64,000 bases of DNA from Octopus vulgaris (taxonomy: Eukaryota), in assembly GCA_951406725.2 (NCBI GenBank), contig OX597817.1, positions 67,952,001-68,016,000 of the forward strand. Direction: 5' to 3'. A model generated the notes under the pieces. That model made no database searches, was not told the DNA's origin, and was given only the letters and a program-made list of their open reading frames with translations. Positions within the stretch are counted from its first letter, which is position 1, and every line of letters begins with the position of its first letter. The position numbers were made by a program, and so were the translations under genes. Shown piece by piece: positions 53,765-64,000 of this stretch.

Positions 53765-54940
53765 CCTAAATAATTTTTCACGAGTTAGCAAAGATGTGTG
53801 TGGTCTAGCGTTGTCATGGTGGAACACGATTCCTTTACGATTTGCCAATTCTGGCCGTTCTTCTATGATTGCTTCCTCCAGTTTCATTAGTCGTTGATAG
53901 TAAACATCTGAATTGATCGTTTGGTTCCTTGGAAGAATCTGAAAATACACAACACCTTTGTAATCTCACCAGATTAACAGCATGGCCCTTTTTTTTGGTG
54001 CAATTCAGCTTTCGATGTGGTTTGTGCTGGTTCTTTAGGCTTGGACCATGATTGTTTTCAATTGATGTTATTGTAGACAATCCATTTTTCATCACCAGTG
54101 ATGATTCGTTTAAAAAAAAAGAGGTCGATTTCATTGTGTATGAGATGCCTATTGCAAATATTGATTCGTTGTGTTAAGTGAATTTCTTACGGCAGTTTTT
54201 TCTAGCGGTGTCATATGAAATTGTCACCCATAATTATGACCCTAGTATCGATCTATTGCATTTCAATCTGTTTTAGAGTTAGGGTTAGGGTTAGGTTTAG
54301 GGGTGGAGGGGAGGGCATCTTTTTTCTTCACAAATGTAAATAAACCCAATCTGTTTCTTAAACGAGGGACATATTCATACGACACAGAATGCTTTCACCT
54401 CAATAGACGTCATTGATTGGTTGAAATTGCAGAAATTGAAGAAAAAAACAACAAATATTTTACAAACTATAGAATTTTCTCAATAAAGCCAAGAGAAAAA
54501 GATGTTTTATAAACACATTCTACCAGTATACGAAGTTTAAAAGTGTTTAGTTACGTGGAAATTATTTTAAAAAACTGCCGTTCAAACCGAAAAGATCCTT
54601 TCTTTCAATTTATGTGGAATCTAAGTATCGAGCTTCTTAATTAGTCCAAGATATTTTAAGCGATTTTCAGTTGCTGTCTCTGATATATTCATCATCTTTG
54701 AATCTCTCGCACAGTTATATGACAATTAGATTCAATTATGGCTTTGATTCGGTCAACTTCAACTTCAATAGGTCGGCAAGAACGTTGGTCACCTTTGAGT
54801 GAAAAATCTCCAGAGCGGAACTTTTAAAATCATTTCTGATATGTACGTTCTGTTAAGCAATCAACACCATAAACTTCACATATCTCTTTGTGAACCTCAG
54901 TAGCTTTCTTGTCTTCGCAAAATATGGCGAAAATGTTGCC
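53765..54940 (-). pseudogene. Mariner transposase fossil interrupted by a MITE
   Basis: EICEVYG...KFRSGDFSL, PHKLKEIHLTQRINIC, RIITGDEKWIVYNN and FHHDNARPHTS in order, with frameshifts. Confidence 0.9.
54189..54598. mobile_element. MITE ending AAAACTGCCGTTCAAACCGAAAAGATCC with internal TTAGGG repeats
   Basis: The left end keeps only ACGGCAGTTTTT of the TIR; it splits the mariner PHKLKE/IHL codons. Confidence 0.8.
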
Positions 54941-54981
<41 letters not shown>

Positions 54982-54984
<3 letters not shown>

Positions 54985-55171
54985 TTTTATTTGTTTCAGG
55001 CCATGCTGGAACACCGTCTTTAGGCGAACAAGTTGACCCCAGGACTTATTCTTTGTAAGCTTAGTACTTATTCTATCGGTTTATTTTGCCGATAGAATAC
55101 AGGGACGTAAACACACCAACATCGGTTGTCAAGTGATGTGGGGGGGGGTAGGACTAACACAGACACACAAA

Positions 55172-55244
<73 letters not shown>

Positions 55245-55406
55245 GACGGGCTTCTTTCAGTTTCCGTCTACCAAATCCACTCACAAGGCTTTGGTCAGCC
55301 CGAGGCTATAGTAGAAGACACTTGCCCAAGGTGCCACGCTTTGGGACTGAACTCGGAACCATGTGGTTCGTAAGCAAGCTACTTACCACACAACCACTCC
55401 TGCACC
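54982..55406 (-). mobile_element. Family B SINE
   Basis: Reverse complement match to 58274-58790. Confidence 0.9.
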
Positions 55407-55661
55407 TATATATATATATATGCGTGTATGCATGCATGTATGTGTGTGTATCTATGCGTATATTCCATGTGCAGTTATAAATAAAGTTGTTCAAACAGTA
55501 ACTTGAGAAACAAACATTCAACGGATCCAAGCTTTTAAGAAGTATCCAAGACTAAAAAATTCAGTCTGACGAAGGTGATCTCAGGAGAAACTTCGAAGTC
55601 TCTGTCACACACACACATTATATATATATATATATATTCATACACACACATATATATATAT

Positions 55662-56193
<532 letters not shown>

Positions 56194-57391
56194 TACAACA
56201 TTTAATAAAATGATGTAGTACGAAACGATCGTACCAAATTACCGGAGTCATTCTTGTTGCTTATTTTGAGTATATATTTATAAGACGCGTTCCTCACACC
56301 TCTCATATACCACATTCGACTCGAGGTCACAGTAGAGGTTGTTTGCTCAAGTAGCTGCGCAGTGACATCGAACCCAGAACCATATGGTTGTGAAGCAAAC
56401 TTATTAACCACATAATCATTTGTGCGCCCATTACATAAATGACTCATTAACAATCATATCAGACCATGTTGCTTCAAAACTATTAAACTGTCTTTATGTA
56501 TTTAGAACTATTAATTAGCAATAACCAATCTCAATCTATTAAAAGTTCTATATATATTTATAACTTGACTCGACAGCAGTCACGCGATGACTGAAAGAAC
56601 ATTAGTAGTATTACGAATATTTACGAAAGGCTGGAGAGGGGGAAATCAATCAGTATAGTGGTAAGCATGACCGCATGATTAAGAAATTCGCTTCGGAAAA
56701 ACGTGGTTTTTTTGGGTTCGATATCTCGTTGCCCGACACTTTGAGCAAAAGCATCTGTCGTAGATTCGCGCCAACTATATCCTTTTGAGTGACGTTCAGT
56801 TAACGGGTGGAAAATTATTGGGGAAACCACCGCAGGGATGTTTCAATTTTTGCTTGGCTTAACACTACCATCTGGCTCTTGAGTGATTTTAATGAAGTCC
56901 ACACTGTTGCAACCATTCGGGCCATATTTCTACTTTCGAGTTAACTTCAACTCTTTCGCTCACAAGAATCAGTGACTCAGTGAAAGGGTCATAGCTGCTC
57001 TTCATATGACAAAATCATAAAAATGCTTTACAGCATTTAATTACATCCTTTGGGTTCTGAGTTCAAAACCCACCGTGGTCAATTTTGCCTTTTATCCTTT
57101 AGGATTTGATAAAATAAAGTACCAGTTAAGTATTGGGGACAATATAAATCAACTTTATCGCTTTGTCCTAAAAGTCGAGGCTATGTATCTATGTTAAAAA
57201 ACAGCGTTGCTTATATTACTTCAAAATATTATATTACTTTAAAATTAACGGTAATGCTGCAATGGTTTTGGGGCTTAAAAACAATTTTATTTCCTACGAG
57301 ATAAATGCTAGAATTATTCTAAGTGTAAATCTATGTTACTCGATTTGCTTCAAATAACAGCCAAATCCATCTAAAATTTCACTTTCCTGTC

Positions 57392-57452
<61 letters not shown>

Positions 57453-58273
57453 CAACAACAACAACAACAACAACTTCAACACGAACTAACTTCTAAAATA
57501 CGAAATTTAGTCGAAAATGTTGAGAGTAAACCGTGTTCAGCGTGAGAAATTACACCAGTATACAAAGTTTCAATCTGTTTAGTTAAAAAAAAAAGTAATT
57601 AAAAATCTGTAAGCGAAACTGAACAGATCCAGCACGCATCTGTTCAGTTTCACAGAAATATCAGTAACAGATGAAAAGCGTCCAGCAGCTTCGATTGAAT
57701 TGCTAAATTCGGATTTCTTTATCATTGCGCGTTGTCAGTAGGAAGCATACACAGGCAATCACATGCTTAGACAGATTTCACAGAAAAACTGTGATTAACA
57801 AATCACTGGTGTTGCATATCGCTGGCGAGCTGGGTAAAAGTTAGTTACAGCGCCGGAAGCATATATTTATTCCAAATCCAACGTATCTATTTTCAAAATT
57901 AAACATCGACCTGTTAGAAAGAGTTAGTCAAATTTTTCCGAGATCTTTGTATTTTTTTTTTTACTTATGAACGCACTGTGCCTCGAACGAGAAAAGGTTT
58001 TTACAGCTGGATTGCTTTTGACCATAGAACTGTTCGCTCAGTATAGAGTAGATATTTCAGAAGCACCAAACAATTGATGAAACAGCTTTTGAAGCCATGG
58101 CATAACTGATGATTTGTAGACAAATGAAGTAGAACCAGATATTTCTGAAATATTTCAGATATTGTGAACTAATTGAATATTTGACACCAGTTCTTCCTAA
58201 AAGTCACATTTACAACATAGTGAGAAACGTATTCATTACGATTAGCTAATTGGAGTTTTAAATTACATATATA

Positions 58274-58790
<517 letters not shown>

Positions 58791-58969
58791 GTAAAAAAAA
58801 AGAGTATTTGGCTGTGTGCGGTAAAGAAGATGACTACACTATCACGTGGTTTTGGTTTGGATCCTACAGCACAACACTTTGGGCAGTAGACGGTAATTTG
58901 ACGGTAGTCCGTCGTGTAGATGTGTGTGTGTGTGTGCGTGTGCTCGCAAAGACCCGTGAAAGCAATACC

Positions 58970-59123
58970 TATTTCTTTATTACCCACAAGGGGCTAAACA
59001 TAGAGGGGACAAACAAGGACAGACATAGGTATTAAGTCGATTATATCGACCCCAGTGCGTAACTGGTACTTAATTTATCGACCCCGAAAGGATGAAAGGC
59101 AAAGTTGACCTCGGCGGAATTTG
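58970..59123 (-). mobile_element. 5'-truncated family A SINE with TSD
   Basis: AAGCAATACC at 58960-58969 and 59124-59133. Confidence 0.88.
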
Positions 59124-59426
59124 AAGCAATACCACAGTATGAGTCAGCAGTCTAATGTGCGAATACAGGAATTAGAAAGAAAAAAATAAAAATAAAATTT
59201 ACCGCAAAAATAAAAAAAAGAAAGGCAACATTAAGAGTAATATTTTAAGAATTCATATAATTTACGGTGGAAAACAAATATTTTATATTCAAATTTTCGG
59301 CGATTAAAGAAAGTATATTATTCGTCACATAAAAATATCGATTGATTTCCTATATTGCAACAGCCACAAAATCTGTCAGAGGAAGTTTATAGTGGTTTAA
59401 TATAGACTCGAATTATGCCTGGACGT

Positions 59427-59461
<35 letters not shown>

Positions 59462-60279
59462 CTTATTTATTTATGTATTTATTTATTGTTATCGACCTCT
59501 GATCAGCAACGCAAACATGCTTCCGAGCTTATATAATGTAACACATTAAATGCAACAAGCACGGCAAATTCTATCTATGCCAGTAGAACTATTTATTCTC
59601 TGCAATTCCGCACCAACAAACATCTATATATAAACGCATAGTAAATGCCTTAACAAGACGGTCGTAGCCACGATCAAAGCTACTGACAGAGATGTCGCTA
59701 ACCTAAGATTTAAATAGACAATCTTCATTAAACTCATCAAACTAAAACTAATCAACCGTCGTGAGCCGCGTGACTTTCATTGGTTAATTTGACCTTATTG
59801 TTTACACTTCGGCGCATGTCATAACAACTTTATTTATATTGTGTAATTATTACAAGATAACAATTTTATTTCTGATGTATATTATTATTACAGCTGCTTT
59901 CTCTGAAATATCTATATTCTTGTCTGGGGATTTTTATGGCTGACCAATCGAATGAAATTATGGATAAGTTAGCCTTGCGAAGCTCATTTCTCTCCATGCT
60001 TCAGAGTACCAGTGAGAAGATCGTAGTTGAGCGACGAACGATGTTAATACTTAATGCAAGATAATAGTATTATAAATATATTACATAAAATTCCCGTAAT
60101 TCCTTTACCAGGTTGTGACATTTACACTGTATCTATTTTATTTTCTTTCAAACTCAATACGCACACATACATGCACAGACACACACACATACGTATGTAC
60201 ACACACGCATGTATACACACACACACACACACACACACATACACACGCACACACACGCGCACACACACACACACACACG

Positions 60280-60336
<57 letters not shown>

Positions 60337-61002
60337 AAAATGAAAGTGAGACGGGGAAAAGATCAACAGAAAAGGAGAATTAAATATCGAACACCTCTCG
60401 TCAGCTATGGGACCCAGAATCATCATAGATTAAGAACCAAATGTTTTAATCTTATGGAACTATTCCCCTGGATGCACCAGTGATTGTAAAGACAGCATTA
60501 AGAAAAGGAACGTTAAGATGGGTCAGACCGCAGCGGCTGTTAAGGTACAAGGAAGGCGTCGGACAGAGAAAACGTGCAAGAGGAATAAAATGATAATAAA
60601 AGTGGGAAGGAAGAGTAAGTGTCAATGAGAATAGATAAATCAAGAGAAAGAGACAGAAAGGGAAATGCAGAGAAAAGAAAGAGCCAGTGGCTGTGTAAAC
60701 GAGAGAAAGGCAAAGAGAGAAAGGGAGAGAGAGAGAGAACGGCAAAAAGAGCTAACGTGGACGAAAATGACTAAGTGGTCATCGCGAGAGAGAAGAAACA
60801 GCTATTGACGAGTAATATATTATTGTTCCTGTGTGTCCTGGAAATGTATGTAATGAAAATCAAAGTGAGGTAATATTAGTAATACTAGTCCGAAACCAGA
60901 CGCTGCAGTTTCAAAATGTGTTATTTTACTCCATATCTCGAATGCTGGAACATGAAACTCTGATCTTCATGACTGCGAATTAACTTGTAAGTTTGATGAA
61001 AA

Positions 61003-61386
61003 TCTCTCTATATATAAACGGCAGTTTGTCTGTGTGCGTGTCTGTGTGTCTGTTAGGTTGTACCCTCACCCTGACCACGGCTTTCAACCGATTCTGATGA
61101 AACTTAACACACACATAGCCCAATGTCATAATTCAAAACTAACGCAGCGAACATTTTGAAAAGTTCCCCCAGCTCTGAAAAAAATCGATAAATTCGACAT
61201 GGGGTCGAGAATCAGAAACACAAACCACAGACTGTCTAGGGTACGCAACTCGACCTTTTTAACTCTCAAAAAAAAATTTACCATAATTTTTTTCCCATTT
61301 TTTGCTATTTTTTGGCTATAACTCTCTAAAAATGCTTTATAGTTATTTCCCTTACAAACCCGAGCAACGCCGGGCGATACTGCTAG
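61003..61386 (+). mobile_element. Non-autonomous Helitron
   Basis: A|TC 5' start, 3' hairpin CCCGAGCAACGCCGGG, then CTAG|T. Confidence 0.85.
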
Positions 61387-61550
61387 TGTTCACATATTTG
61401 GGTAGTACGATGTCTGATAACAACAGCCTGGACACTGACAGGTATCGCCGCATGCAATCAGCGCTGCAAGTCGAGTTCGGGAAGCGCAGTGATTAATTGT
61501 ACAAACGACGTGGCATAAAATTGTCAACAAAATGCTAAGTATATATCTGT
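61387..61550 (+). mobile_element. RTE LINE fragment, host of the Helitron insertion
   Basis: FTYLGSTMSDNNSLD...FGK...RRGIKLSTK matches the RTE post-RT region. Confidence 0.75.
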
Positions 61551-61814
61551 GGATGATATTTCCATTCATATGCGAAAAAGAAGAAAGAAAAAAAAAACAT
61601 AAAAAAAACATCATAAAAAATCTCAATATATTTTACGAAGCAACAGAGGAAAGAATTAACAAAAACAAAATTGAGAAAGCGTTAAGAGAATGACAGTGAC
61701 ATAGCAAGAGTCTGTACCACCCAAGGCTCCCCTTCAATTTGCTACCTTACCACTCCCGCCCTCCATACAAACGTATACATATATGGGTGTGTGTGTGTGT
61801 GTGTGTGTGTGCAA

Positions 61815-61849
<35 letters not shown>

Positions 61850-61934
61850 CACATATCTGATGCATGCATGCATGCATGTATGTATGTATGTATGTATGTA
61901 TGTATGTATGTATGTATGTATGTATGTATGTATG

Positions 61935-62970
61935 TTATTATTCAGTTTTATTTCAAGATTTCTTGCCAATAGAGAAAGACCCGGTTTCTAACCCAGATCC
62001 AAGGCTCCTTCATTGAAATTTCAACATTAACAACAGGGTATTTTTGTACGTACGTATGTATGTACTATGTGTGAGTATGTATGTGTGTATGTATGTATGT
62101 ATATGTGCAGAATTGTATGTTTTATGTATGTATTATCATGCATATAGCTGCATATCTAGACATGCTCATATATATTTAAATGATAAACTTCTGGAAAGTT
62201 TTACAGATTTTTCTACCACTACTACCACAATAATCGTTGCGGTTGTGCATGCTATTTACTATAGTCATAGTAGAGGGACAGTGGTCAGTTGCTTGAGCCA
62301 GTAATGTAGTTTGGCTGGCAGACACTATGGAATCTGTTGGAATGTCGCTAGCAGCGAAACCACGTGGTGGTCCTATATCATTCACGTTTTCGTTTTTGTT
62401 TATAGAGTTGGAAAGAAGGTTAATTTTCGATTTTTTAATAAAGTTACAGTTACTAACCTTCTTTCTATGTTCTACAAATGTTGCTTGTTGGCGTAGTTGC
62501 TTCGCTGTAAAATGATTCAATTCTAGATGCAGATTGTGCCAATATGATTTCAATCGATTCATATAGCCAGCAGCGAAGTTTTGTTTCGCTTTTTCGCAGA
62601 AGTTAAATAGATCATTATTGAATTCATAACTCCAAGAGAAATGAGTTTTGTAGTTACGGTTTCTTCTATAACTACAACTAGAAAGAAAGTGTTTATCTGT
62701 TCAGCTGTTGTTTTCGTTCTGTTTCTCGATTGTGTTATTGTTGATGTTGTGTCCAGCCATGTTGTTTGTAGCAACTCTCTGCATGCTAAGTTCAAGTTTC
62801 AGTCGAAAATCACAACAATCGTGAATACAAGGCTCCCTCAGTTAATTCATCTGAAGATTAACCAGTTATTTAACAAGGCTGATAGCTGCGGCTCCAAAGT
62901 TAGAGATAGTATTCATTGTATTTTCGATAAATAGCCTCGCACACCAAATACGCGACTTGTCGCGTCTAGT
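61935..62970 (-). mobile_element. Internally deleted R4/Dong-like element in (CATA)n
   Basis: ATG at 62760, one in-frame TGA at 62703-62701, then open frame ...FSWSYEFNNDLFNFCEKAKQNFAAGYMNRLKSYW...FTAKQLRQQA, resembling R4-clade N-termini; (TATG)n on both sides. Confidence 0.6.
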
Positions 62971-63468
62971 ATTTATGTGTATGTATGTAAGTGTGTGTGT
63001 GTGTGTACGTATGTGCGTGTGTTCTCTTTCTCTTTTTAAATTTGGAGCAAATTTCGACCGGCCACCTGCTTGGTAACAAGGATGTGAAGGAAAGTATCTT
63101 CTTTTAACCATCTCCTTTAAATCTGAAGAAGGTCTTGCAGATTTTTATAGTCCCCGATATCGCGATTAGTTGTTGAAAATGAGTTAAGATATGCATTTTC
63201 TTCACAAGATCCCAAATTCGGCCATACTTTGCTTCAGGCGCGTTGGTATATACCCCGTTGCTCCAATAATAAAACGTATGAAGCAGAAAGTCTATCTTGG
63301 GTACCGGATTTGCATGAATGTTTTAAAGTTTTAAATAACCACATTCAACTATTGCACTGAAATTGAATAAAATAAAATGTAATAGATATTATATGATCAT
63401 ATATTGTAATGAAGCTATTAAATTAATAAGAGCGTTGTAGTTCGCTCGAAGCATTGTAACATCAAAGA

Positions 63469-63701
63469 ATGTAAAAAGAGAAAAAATTGACAGCTTCTGA
63501 TAATGTAGTAAGTTTGATAAAACCTTTATATTTCGAGCTCCAAAGACCATCTTCAGAAGATTCAAACTCGAGTTTAAATGATTTAACGGATTCTACATAA
63601 ATGGACTTTTCTTCTGAATATGGACTTTTGAGCCCGAAATATAAAGGTTTTATAAAACTTTACGCGTTGTCAGAAGCTGTCTGTTTTCTCTCTTTTTACA
63701 T
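63469..63701. mobile_element. Foldback MITE, ~90 bp arms
   Basis: ataaaacctttatatttcg pairs with cgaaatataaaggttttat; gacagcttctga pairs with tcagaagctgtc; atgtaaaaagaga pairs with tctctttttacat. Confidence 0.8.
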
Positions 63702-64000
63702 GATATTAAATTAATGTATCGGAATGTTTTGCATTTCTCGCTGAATTAAGGATCTTCTGTTTAAGTTATAGGCCTTGGCAAGATGTCTGAAGAGTCCTTG
63801 ATGCAAAATGTTTGAATAAAGGCAGTATTGTAACGGGTAAGGACACAATGTGTAACACATTATTAACTTAATCAAAGCTAACCTAGGGCTGAAGTACAGT
63901 TTCTATTAATATTTTTAAATGTATGTAATAATATACTGGAAATGATTTTTATCTTTCATAAAGTATTCAAATATTTCATCGTTCATCTATGATCTGATCA

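Noticed and set aside
60385-60460. Minus-strand CTGACGAG as a third permuted hammerhead
   Set aside because: No correctly placed GAAA strand or UH site.

Overview
AT-rich, microsatellite-saturated animal DNA with no convincing host protein-coding gene. It is probably intergenic or deep intronic. The SINE families and (TA)n/(CA)n/(TAA)n/(CATA)n load look like an octopus/cephalopod genome (inferred from recall, not checked). Almost all ORFs in the track are microsatellite or SINE artefacts. The retroelements are a 5'-truncated CR1-group LINE RT, RTE LINE 3' fragments, R4/Dong-like fragments in TAA/CATA repeats and dozens of tRNA-derived SINEs of at least four families. The DNA elements are mariner and Tigger/pogo fossils, Tc1, hAT and foldback MITEs, and two non-autonomous Helitrons. 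The best lead is two dispersed, diverged copies (550-612 and 15595-15660, minus strand) of a hammerhead-ribozyme core with its three strands in a non-circularly permuted, pseudoknotted order, showing covariation and conserved spacing. Other leads are a tRNA-Ile/SINE-tail chimera inside a Tigger fossil, single-headed SINE concatemers linked to a GGTA target preference, and a mariner built from two 5' ends.
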